From positions 104,197 to 168,196 of the forward strand of contig JAFUFL010000022.1 in the NCBI GenBank assembly GCA_017469935.1: 64,000 nt of DNA. The letters run 5' to 3'. The stretch comes from Lachnospiraceae bacterium (GTDB lineage: Bacteria; Bacillota; Clostridia; Lachnospirales; Lachnospiraceae). This document shows positions 10,704 to 19,600 of the stretch, in pieces. Numbering within the stretch: position 1 is the stretch's first letter; each line of letters opens with the position of its first letter. The position numbers and the translations under genes were made by a program. The notes under the pieces were generated by a model. That model searched no databases and was not told where the DNA came from. It saw only the letters and a list, made by a program, of their open reading frames with translations.

Positions 10704-11342
10704 ATGTTCAGATTGGGAAGACTTCTCTTAGGTATTGCAGTGGCAGGTGCAGCTGCGGCAACCGTTTACAATTATCTGGAACAGAGCAACAAGAAGACGG
10801 ACGACGATTTCGGCGACGATGCCCCTCAGGAAGAAGGCGCGGAGCCTGCGGAAGCCGCCGACGCGGAAGATTATACCGAGAAGTTCAAGACTGTTGCGAA
10901 CAGGACTTATACGACGATCAAGGAGAGCAGCGCCGACGCCATGGCTAAGGTGAAAGAGGCGATCGGACCGAGGGGCGAAGAGGTTCTGGATGTTGTCGGT
11001 GAGACTGCCGGCAAAGTCAAGGACGTCGTTGTCGATTCCGCGGCGCGCGTAAAGGATATCCTGCAGGAAGAAGAGAGCAAGATTGACGGCGAAATCGTGG
11101 AAGAGGCTGTAGCCAAGGCTATGGCAGCGGAGAACGATCCTGTCTATGTCGGCGAGTCCGAAGCTTCCGAAGAGATCCACGAGGACGACACAAATAAAGA
11201 AGCTGTCTACGAGGGAGAAGAGAACGGCGAGGCCATTCACGAGGATGACCACGACAAGGAAGCCGTCTATGAGAAGGAGTTCCCCGAGGCTGCCAAAGAA
11301 GAGGAGAAAAAAGAAGAGACACCTTCTGATGCAAATAAGTAA
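10704..11342 (+). CDS. Membrane-anchored, highly acidic low-complexity protein of unknown function
   Basis: 212 aa; strong RBS AGGAGG. N-terminal TM helix LLLGIAVAGAAAATVY, then a D/E-rich sequence with an internal duplication (EIHEDDTNKEAVYEGE / AIHEDDHDKEAVYEKE). Confidence 0.6.
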   Translation: MFRLGRLLLGIAVAGAAAATVYNYLEQSNKKTDDDFGDDAPQEEGAEPAEAADAEDYTEKFKTVANRTYTTIKESSADAMAKVKEAIGPRGEEVLDVVGETAGKVKDVVVDSAARVKDILQEEESKIDGEIVEEAVAKAMAAENDPVYVGESEASEEIHEDDTNKEAVYEGEENGEAIHEDDHDKEAVYEKEFPEAAKEEEKKEETPSDANK

Positions 11343-11366
11343 GAAGCGCGGTCCCGAAAATTGGTC

Positions 11367-11395
11367 TTGACTAATGTTATGTTCTTGTTTAGAAT
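11367..11395 (+). promoter_or_regulatory. Sigma-A-type promoter TTGACT-17-TAGAAT
   Basis: TTGACT at 11367-11372, a 17-nt spacer, and TAGAAT at 11390-11395. It would give a ~150-nt leader for the permease gene. Confidence 0.55.
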
Positions 11396-11478
11396 CAGCT
11401 TTAGATTTTTGAGGGACGGACATAAATGAGTCGAAAATGCTTTCAACATGAGAATTTCATAACTTAAGTGATAATTTT

Positions 11479-11509
11479 ACACGTCAGGGATTAGTGTTCC
11501 CTGACGTGT
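11479..11509 (+). promoter_or_regulatory. Perfect 12-bp hairpin in the permease leader (possible attenuator)
   Basis: acacgtcaggga-ttagtgt-tccctgacgtgt followed by ttcatg, which is only a short U-run. It lies 39 nt upstream of the ATG at 11548. Confidence 0.4.
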
Positions 11510-11547
11510 TTCATGTCCGGGCCTTTAAAAGACAGGAGGAAATGCAA

Positions 11548-12954
11548 ATGAGTAAAAATGAGTACAAGATCGGTGAGCGCGCCATCTACGATGCGCGTGA
11601 GCTGGGGACGGGCAGGATGATCATCCTGGGACTGCAGCACATGTTCGCCATGTTCGGAGCGACGGTAGTGGTTCCGCTGATCACAGGTCTCGATGTTTCC
11701 ACAACACTTTTGTTCGCAGGACTCGGAACACTTCTGTTCCACCTGATCTCCAAGAAGAAGGTTCCCGCGTTTCTGGGTTCTTCCTTCGCTTTCCTTGGCG
11801 GATATGCGGCCATCGCGCCTCTTAACGCCGACGGAAGCCCCAGCGAGCTTCTTCCTTACGCCTGCTTCGGCGTCGCCTGCGCGGGACTTCTCTATCTTGT
11901 TCTGGCAGCTCTCTTCAAAGCTTACGGTACAAGCAAAGTCATGAAATATTTCCCGCCGGTGGTCACAGGTCCCATCATCATCTCGATCGGACTGAACCTG
12001 GCACCTTCGGCCATCAACAATGTCGCGACCTGCTGGTGGGTCGCCCTGATCGCGATCATCATCGTCGTGATCTGCAATATCTGGGGCAAGGGCATGATCA
12101 AGATCGTTCCCATCCTGCTGGGCGTCGTCGGTTCCTATATCTGTGCGGCCGTTGCCGGCAAGATCGACTTTTCACAGGTCGCGTCCGCTCCCTGGATCGG
12201 CATTCCGATTCACTACGAGAAGACCGTCTTCTCCATCTTTACAGGCGGTAATCTCGACGCGGGGCTTCTGATCACGAGCATCGTGACCATCATGCCCATC
12301 GCGCTGGCCACCATGATGGAGCACATCGGCGATATCTCCGCGATCAGCTCCACCTGCGGCATCAACTACATCAAGGATCCCGGACTTCACCGCACACTGA
12401 CCGGTGACGGTCTTGCAACCGCGCTCGCGTCTCTGTTCGGAGCTCCCGCCAACACGACTTACGGCGAGAATACCGGCGTTCTCACACTGACCAAAGTGTA
12501 CGATCCCCGCGTCATCCGCATCGCGGCCGGTTTTGCCATCCTTTTGTCCTTCTGCCCTAAGTTCGCGGCTGTCATCGAGGTCATGCCCGCCGCTACCATC
12601 GGCGGCATCTCTCTGGTCCTGTACGGCATGATCTCCGCCGTCGGTGTCAGAAACCTTGTTGAGACAAACACGGATTTCTCCAAGAGCAGAAACGTCCTGA
12701 TCGCAGCGCTGATCATGGTACTTTCCATCGGAATCAGCTACTCTTCAGCGGGTTCCATCAATATCCCGGTCGGCTCCATGACGCTGAGCCTCTCCGGTCT
12801 TGCAACCGGCTCCCTGGTAGGTATCTTCCTCAATGCGATCCTTCCCGGCAAGGACTACAAGTTCGAGGATGACAAGCCCAACCGTACAGGCGTCAACTTC
12901 GAGATCATCTCCGGTGAGACGATTCTGGAGAGCCAGGAAAAAAAGAAAAAGTAA
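11548..12954 (+). CDS. NCS2-family nucleobase permease (uracil/xanthine permease type)
   Basis: 468 aa from the second ATG, 8 nt after AGGAGGA. LGLQHMFAMFGATVVVPLITG and PAFLGSSFAF are the NCS2/uracil permease signatures. About 12-14 TM helices. Confidence 0.85.
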   Translation: MSKNEYKIGERAIYDARELGTGRMIILGLQHMFAMFGATVVVPLITGLDVSTTLLFAGLGTLLFHLISKKKVPAFLGSSFAFLGGYAAIAPLNADGSPSELLPYACFGVACAGLLYLVLAALFKAYGTSKVMKYFPPVVTGPIIISIGLNLAPSAINNVATCWWVALIAIIIVVICNIWGKGMIKIVPILLGVVGSYICAAVAGKIDFSQVASAPWIGIPIHYEKTVFSIFTGGNLDAGLLITSIVTIMPIALATMMEHIGDISAISSTCGINYIKDPGLHRTLTGDGLATALASLFGAPANTTYGENTGVLTLTKVYDPRVIRIAAGFAILLSFCPKFAAVIEVMPAATIGGISLVLYGMISAVGVRNLVETNTDFSKSRNVLIAALIMVLSIGISYSSAGSINIPVGSMTLSLSGLATGSLVGIFLNAILPGKDYKFEDDKPNRTGVNFEIISGETILESQEKKKK

Positions 12955-13009
12955 TCAAGAACAGTGATGAATAAATCGAAAATTCACTGAAAAGAGCTGA
13001 CTTGAACGC

Positions 13010-13062
13010 GAGAAAGGGCGGCCGCATTTGTAAAAATGCGGCCGCCCCTTCTCTACGTTTTT
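13010..13062 (+). terminator. Intrinsic terminator after the permease gene
   Basis: 14-bp perfect GC-rich stem gggcggccgcattt / aaatgcggccgccc with a 4-nt loop. It is extendable by gagaa/ttctc and is followed by cgttttt. Confidence 0.6.
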
Positions 13063-13132
13063 GAGCGGAAGTCATTCAACTATTACTTTCTTTCAAGAAC
13101 AGGCTTCGGGGTGTAGAATAAGGTTGATTATT

Positions 13133-13174
13133 CAGCCCGCACACGGCGCGGCGGCTCGCTCTGCGAGCCTTGAA
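13133..13174 (+). repeat. REP-like palindromic intergenic repeat, copy A
   Basis: cagcccgcacacggcgcggcggctcgctctgcgagccttgaa. It contains the hairpin ggctcgc-tct-gcgagcc. It is 37/39 identical to 25146-25184, and 13150-13174 is the exact reverse complement of 44406-44430. Confidence 0.85.
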
Positions 13175-13190
13175 CTAAGAGGTAGATAAG

Positions 13191-16100
13191 ATGAGCTATA
13201 GATTTTGCCTGGGCGCTTCCGGATCGGGAAAGAGCCGGCTTCTCCATAACATGGTGCTCGATGAGGCCGGAAAGGCCCTTACCGACCGCGAGCGGTCGGG
13301 AGAGAATTTCGTGATCCTGGTGCCCGACCAGTATTCGATGCAGACGCAGAAGGAGATCGTGTCGGAATCCCCGCAGAAAGGGATCCTCAACATCGATGTC
13401 CTTAGCTTCGGGCGCCTCACGCACAAGATCTTCGAGGAGATCGGCGTCTCGAGGAAGGCGGTTCTGGATGACACGGGGAAAACCCTGCTTCTGCGCAGAG
13501 TCGCCGGCCAGCGGCAGAAAGACCTCCGCATACTGGGCAGGAGCATCCACTATCCCGGTATGATCGCGGAAGTAAAGTCCGTGATCTCCGAATTCATGCA
13601 GTACGGGATCGGGGACAGCCAGCTCGCGGCCATGCAGGAGTTCGCCGCCGGGAAAGGGCAGGGCGCCCTGAATGCGCGCCTCGGTGACCTGCAGGTGCTC
13701 TATCAGGCCTTCCTGCAGGGAAAGAGAGACCGCTTTATCACCAATGAAGAGATGCTGGACCTTCTTGCGGATGCCATCCCGTCTTCGGACTGGGTGAAGA
13801 GTAGCCATTTTGTACTCGACGGCTTCACCGGCTTTACGCCGGTCCAGTACCGGGTGATCATGGCTCTGATCCGCTGCAGCCGGGAGGTGACCATCTCCCT
13901 GACGCTGGGCAGGGATAACGGGCCGGGACTTGATTGGGTCAGCAGGCACAAAAGTCCGGGCGGCGAAGACGCGCTGTTCTACCTGACCAGAAAGACGGTG
14001 TGCGACATAGAAAAGCTCGCGGCGGCGGAAGGACTTGCAAGAGGAAAGGACATCTATGTGTCGGATCCCGATTCCGTGCCGCCCCGCTTCCTCGGCAATC
14101 CCGTTCTGGCCCATCTCGAGCGCAGCATTTTCCGCCATCCCGCGGCTGTTTACGAGAAAGACCCGGAAGGCAGGATCCGGATCTTCGAGACGGATACGCC
14201 CGAAGAGGAAGTGCGGCAGATCTGTATCAAGATCCGAAAGCTCGTCCTGACAAAGGGATACCAGTACAGAAATATCTCGGTAGTATGCGGAGACCTGGAT
14301 AGATACGGCGCGATCTTCGAGAAGCAGGCGGCCCGCTACGACATTCCGATCTACGTGGACAGGACGAGCTCCGCGGGCTTTAATCCGCTTACGGAAGCGA
14401 TCCGGAGCGTCCTTGCTATCCGGTCGGAAGGCTACTCCTATAATGCCGTTTTCCGCTATCTTCGAAGCGGTATGAGCGGACTTTCCGCCGAGGAGACCGA
14501 TCTTCTCGAGAATTACTGCCTGGCCCACGGCATCAAAGGAAGAAAAAAATGGGCGCTGTCTTTTGACGCGCAGACGGAGCCCCTGCGGCTCCGCTTCCTC
14601 GAGGAGATCCGCCCGGTCGCCGGGGAGATCAGCGAGGAGAGACTGCCGGCCCGGACGGCGGGGGAGCGCACCCTTGCGCTTTACTCCTTTATGACGGGAC
14701 TTGGCATGGAAGAGAAGATGGCAGACCGGAGCCGGAAGTTCGAGGAGGCGGGCAACTTTGTGCGCGGAAAGCAGTTCAGCCAGCTGTACCGCCTTGTGAT
14801 CGGCCTCTTAGAGCAGGTCTATGACCTTCTGGGGGACGAGGCGATCTCGTCGACGGATTACGCGGAGCTCCTGGAAGCCGGCTTTGAAGAGCTGCGGCTG
14901 GGAACCGTGCCGCAGCAGTCGGACCGGGTCCTGGTGGGAGATATCGAGAGGACAAGGGTCGCGCAGTGCCGCGTTCTCTTTTTTGCCGGAGTCAATGACG
15001 GGAATATCCCGCGGGGAACTTCGAGAGGCGGGCTTTTGTCGGATCTGGACAGAGAGCTGCTCAAATCCTCCGGCGCGGAGCTCTCGCCCACGCCCAGGGA
15101 GCAGATGTATCTGCAGAGACTCTACCTTTATATGAACATGACAAAGCCCCGGGATGCCCTGTATCTGTCTTTTGCCAGGACGACGCCCGAGGGAACGTCG
15201 CTCCATCCGTCCTATCTGATCCGCATGATCCGCAAATTGTTCCCGGCCTGCGAGCTCGAACATCCGCAGCTCCTCCCGGCTTCGGAACAGCTGACCGGAG
15301 AGAAGGACAGTATCGTCTGGCTCTCCGGCGCGCTCAGGGACTACGCGCAGGGAAAGGTGACGGAAGGTTCAAAAGAAGCGGACGCGGTCAAGACGACCTA
15401 CGGGTACCTGATGCGATGCGCGGAGGCGCCGATCAGAAAGACGCTGGAAGACCTCAAAGGCGCGGCTTTCAAGAGATATGATCCCGCCATGCTCAGCCCC
15501 GAGACCGCGAAGGCGCTCTACGGAAACAGCGTCATGGGAGGAATCAGCCGGATGGAGACGGCGGCCAAGTGCCTGCTGCGGCAGTTCCTCCAGTACGGCC
15601 TGAAACTGGAGCCCAGGAAGGAGTATGTGATCGAACCTTTCGACGCAGGAACGGTCATGCACCGGAGCCTCGACGCCTTCAGCCGCTCGCTCGCAGGAAA
15701 GGGACTGGACTGGGAGAGCTTCACGGAGGAAGAAGGGCGGGAGCTGGCCTCCAAAGCCCTCAGGGAGACAGCGGCCGGGTATCACGACCTGCTTTTGTAT
15801 TCCACAAAGAGAAGCGAGTCGCAGCTAGGCCGAATGGAGAGAATCCTGGCCCGCAGCATCGATACGCTCCAGTATCAGTTAAAGAAAGGGAGTTTCCGCC
15901 CGGAAGCCTATGAGTTTTCTTTCGGCCCGGACGGGGAAGCCGACATGATCACTTTTTCCCTTAGCGGAGGAAGATGGCTGAAACTGGTCGGCAGGATCGA
16001 CCGGCTGGACCTGTGCCGGGAGGACGGCAGCATTTTTGTCAAAATATTGGATTATAAATCGGGTTCCAACGACCTGGACCAAGATCTCATGAAGCGGGGC

Positions 16101-16610
16101 ATCCAGCTGCAGCTTCTCATGTATATGAGCGCGGTAATGGAGAATCTTTCGGCCCGCTATCCGGGAACGCAGATCGTCCCTTCGGCCATGCTGTATTACC
16201 GGATCACGGACCCGGTCATAGACGGAGGCGATCCGGAGGCCGGGCAGGCGGAAGATGCCCTGACGCAGATCCGGTCGGCCCTGCGGCCGACGGGACTGGT
16301 CCACGCAGATCCCGCTTCCTATGAGCGCCTGGACAGGACCATCAGCGGAAAGAGCGATGTCATACCGGTCTCGCTCAAGAAGAACGGCGATCTCGCGGCC
16401 GCCTCCCACGTCTACTCCCAGGGAGAGTTTGAGGAGCTCCGGCAGGAGGTCACCAGGGTCGTCTGCATGCTGGCGGAGCAGATCCTGGACGGAGACGCGG
16501 AGGCCGCCCCGGCGGTCTGGAAGGACAAGACGGCCTGCGACTACTGCCCTTATAAGGGCGTGTGCGGCTTCGATCCGCAGGTGGACGGATATACGTACCG
16601 CAAAGAGTAA
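13191..16610 (+). CDS. addB: Helicase-exonuclease AddAB, subunit AddB
   Basis: 1139 aa. N-terminal degenerate Walker A GASGSGKS and C-terminal RecB-type nuclease with an Fe-S cysteine cluster (CDYCPYKGVC). It lies immediately upstream of addA. Confidence 0.9.
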   Translation: MSYRFCLGASGSGKSRLLHNMVLDEAGKALTDRERSGENFVILVPDQYSMQTQKEIVSESPQKGILNIDVLSFGRLTHKIFEEIGVSRKAVLDDTGKTLLLRRVAGQRQKDLRILGRSIHYPGMIAEVKSVISEFMQYGIGDSQLAAMQEFAAGKGQGALNARLGDLQVLYQAFLQGKRDRFITNEEMLDLLADAIPSSDWVKSSHFVLDGFTGFTPVQYRVIMALIRCSREVTISLTLGRDNGPGLDWVSRHKSPGGEDALFYLTRKTVCDIEKLAAAEGLARGKDIYVSDPDSVPPRFLGNPVLAHLERSIFRHPAAVYEKDPEGRIRIFETDTPEEEVRQICIKIRKLVLTKGYQYRNISVVCGDLDRYGAIFEKQAARYDIPIYVDRTSSAGFNPLTEAIRSVLAIRSEGYSYNAVFRYLRSGMSGLSAEETDLLENYCLAHGIKGRKKWALSFDAQTEPLRLRFLEEIRPVAGEISEERLPARTAGERTLALYSFMTGLGMEEKMADRSRKFEEAGNFVRGKQFSQLYRLVIGLLEQVYDLLGDEAISSTDYAELLEAGFEELRLGTVPQQSDRVLVGDIERTRVAQCRVLFFAGVNDGNIPRGTSRGGLLSDLDRELLKSSGAELSPTPREQMYLQRLYLYMNMTKPRDALYLSFARTTPEGTSLHPSYLIRMIRKLFPACELEHPQLLPASEQLTGEKDSIVWLSGALRDYAQGKVTEGSKEADAVKTTYGYLMRCAEAPIRKTLEDLKGAAFKRYDPAMLSPETAKALYGNSVMGGISRMETAAKCLLRQFLQYGLKLEPRKEYVIEPFDAGTVMHRSLDAFSRSLAGKGLDWESFTEEEGRELASKALRETAAGYHDLLLYSTKRSESQLGRMERILARSIDTLQYQLKKGSFRPEAYEFSFGPDGEADMITFSLSGGRWLKLVGRIDRLDLCREDGSIFVKILDYKSGSNDLDQDLMKRGIQLQLLMYMSAVMENLSARYPGTQIVPSAMLYYRITDPVIDGGDPEAGQAEDALTQIRSALRPTGLVHADPASYERLDRTISGKSDVIPVSLKKNGDLAAASHVYSQGEFEELRQEVTRVVCMLAEQILDGDAEAAPAVWKDKTACDYCPYKGVCGFDPQVDGYTYRKE

Positions 16611-16623
16611 GAAGGATACCGTT

Positions 16624-19600
16624 ATGGCAATAGAGTTTACCGAGCAGCAGACCAGGGTTCTGCAGGCGAGAAAACACAATATTCTGGTCTCGGCGGCGGC
16701 CGGAAGCGGCAAGACGGCCGTGCTTGTCGAGAGGATCGTCCGGATGATCAGCGAGGGAGACGATCCGATGAACATCGACCGCCTCCTGGTGGTCACTTTC
16801 ACAAAGGCGGCGGCGGCCCAGATGCGGGAGCGGATCGGCGCGGCGATCGCGAGAAGGATCGAGGAGGAGCCGGACAACGTCCACCTGCAGAGGCAGGAGA
16901 CGCTTCTTCATAATGCGCAGATCACGACCATGGACAGTTTCTTCACCTTTCTTCTGAGGAACAATTTCAGCGACATCGACATGGACCCGGGCTTCAGGCA
17001 GATGGACCAGACCGAGGCCGACCTGATGCGGAAGGACGCGATGGAAGATTTTCTGGAAGAGGGGTATGCCCAGGGAAATCCCTCCCTGAAAACGGCCGCG
17101 GACTATTTCTGCCGCGGCGCCGGCGACAGGGAGCTGGAAGAGATCCTGGAGACGATGTACAGGCAGGCGGTAAGCCATCCCGATCCGAAAGAGTGGCTTC
17201 GGGACAGGGCGCTGGATTACCACGTGGAGACCAAAGAGGAGCTGTACCGCACCGTGTGGATGCAGTTCATCATTCTGACGACCGCAGAGAAGATCGCGGA
17301 CCTGAAGCGGCAGTATGAGAGGCTTGTGGACTTCTGCTCCGCGCCGGACGGCCCCGCGCTCTATATTCCGGTCATCATGGAAGATCTCCGCGCGGTCCGC
17401 GCTCTGGGCGAAGTGCCCTCCGCAGAGGAAGCCGGCCGCCTGTCCGCACAGGAAGCGGAGGATCTGTGGAAGAGGATCCTCGGAATCTTATCCACGGAGT
17501 TTTCCGCCCTTCCCAGGTTCTATCCGAAGAAGAATCCGGAAACGGACCCGGCCAAAAAAGACATCGCCGTGTCCCTGCGAAAGAGCGCCAAAGAGACGTT
17601 GGAAAAGCTCTGTCAAAAGTATGCGGGGGAAGACGAGGAGAAGATCCTTTCTACGATGAGAGAGATGGACGCGGCCGCGCAGGCGCTCTCGGATCTGGCC
17701 CTGCGTTTCCTTGACTATTTTGCCGCGGTCAAAAGAGAGAAAAACGTTATTGATTTCGTCGACCTCGAGCACCTGGCCCTGAGAATTCTCACGGAAAAAG
17801 GAGAGGACGGCGTCTACAGGCCGCGCAGAGCCGCGTATGCCTACCGGCAATATTTTGACGAAATCCTGATCGACGAATACCAGGACAGCAACGACGTGCA
17901 GGAACTCCTCCTGCGAATGATCTCGACCGAAGACGAGGGCGTCTACAACCGGTTCATGGTGGGCGACGTCAAGCAGTCCATCTACAAATTCCGTCTTGCA
18001 AGGCCGGAGATCTTCATGGAGAAGCTGGGATCTTACCAGAAGCTCGGCAAGGAGAAAGAGCGGATCGACCTCGACAGCAACTTCCGAAGCCGCGCGGAGG
18101 TCCTTGACAGCGTCAATGAGGTGTTCTTCCGCATTATGCGCAGGGAGATCGGCGGAGTCGAGTACTCGCCGGAGGTCTCGCTTAAGACCGGCGCGCGCTA
18201 CCCGGAAAGCCCGGATCCGGATACCTACCGGACCGAGCTCCTCCTTGTCACCGGTCCCGGAAAGGACGAGGAGGATGAAGTCCCGGAAGAGATTGCGCAG
18301 CTCAGCGACCGCCAGAAGGAGGCGCTGGCCGTCTCCGCCAGGATCAAAGAGCTGGTGGGAAACCTTCCTGTGAGGGCGGAGGACGGCACTATGCGCCCGT
18401 GCCGCTACGGCGACATCGTCGTGCTTCTCAGAAGCGGCGCCGGGTGGAACGAAGATTTCAGGGATGTCTTCGAGCGCCAGGGCGTTCCCTACTACATCGA
18501 ATCCAAGACCGGGTACTTCTCGGCAACCGAGATCCAGAGTGTGCTGGATATGATGCGCGTATTGGATAATCCCAGACAGGATATTCCCCTTTACGGCGTG
18601 CTGCGGGGATACTGGGGAGGCTTTGGCGAAGAGGAGATCGCGCAGATCCGGCTGGCCGGCAAAGGGACGGAGGCGGACCTGTTTGCGTCGCTTACTCTCA
18701 GGGCCGGCGGGGAACCGCAGGAAGCTTTCCCGATGCTCACAGAAAAATGCAGGGATTTTCTCGCTTTTCTCGACGCGTGGAGAGAGAAAGTGAGCTATCT
18801 GCGGATCCGGGAGCTCCTTACGGAACTGATCACGCAGACCGGATACGAGGAGTACTGCAGAGCGCTGCCCGGCGGAGAGCAGAGAACGGCGAACCTGCAG
18901 CTCCTGCTGGCCCAGGCGGCCGCCTTCGATTCCATGGGCCTTCGCGGGCTCTTCGATTTCGTGCGCTATATCGACCAGGTCCACCACAGGGATGTGGATT
19001 ACGGCGAGGCCAACATCCTCGATGAGAACGCGGATGTCGTCAGGATCATGAGTATCCACAAGAGCAAGGGCCTGGAGTTCCCGGTCTGTATCGTGGCGGG
19101 AACCGCCAAGCAGCACAGCTACAAGTTCCATGACACCAAGGGGAGTCTCATCTGCGACAACGACTGGGGAATCGGCATGGACTATTGGAAGAGCGAGACG
19201 CGTTCCAAATTCAGCACGGTCCGCAAGGAAGCGGTCGCCGACAAGATCCGCAGGGAGAGCCTGGGCGAAGAGCTCAGGGTCCTGTACGTGGCGATGACCC
19301 GTGCCAAGGAAAAGCTCATTCTCACCGGCTATCTCGGAAAACCTTCCAAAGCTTCGGACTGGGAGAAGAAGATCCCCGTCAGTATGAAACCGGGAGAAAA
19401 GCTTCCGATCCCGCTCCTGTCCGGTTCCGAGAGCTTTCTGGAACTGCTCTGGTGCGCGGCCGCGTCGGCGGAGCATCCCGAATACTTCGGGATCCGGATG
19501 ATCCCGAGCAAAGACCTGATCTGGCAGGAAGCCGCGCAGCAGACCCAGTACGGCATGCGGCGGCAGGAGATCGACAGCGCAGGGGAAACGGGCGGCGCGC

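Noticed and set aside
11396-11547. PyrR attenuator or purine riboswitch in the permease leader.
   Set aside because: There is no UCCAGAGAGG-type PyrR loop and no purine-riboswitch core (no UUUCUACC or CCGACUA-like segments). The hairpin lacks a proper U-tract.
16321-16623. N-terminal 101-aa extension of the addA ORF in the ORF track.
   Set aside because: It overlaps the addB 3' end in another frame and is R/S/P-rich. The conserved AddA N-terminus (MAIEFTEQQTRVL..AAAGSGKT) begins at ATG 16624, just after the addB stop.
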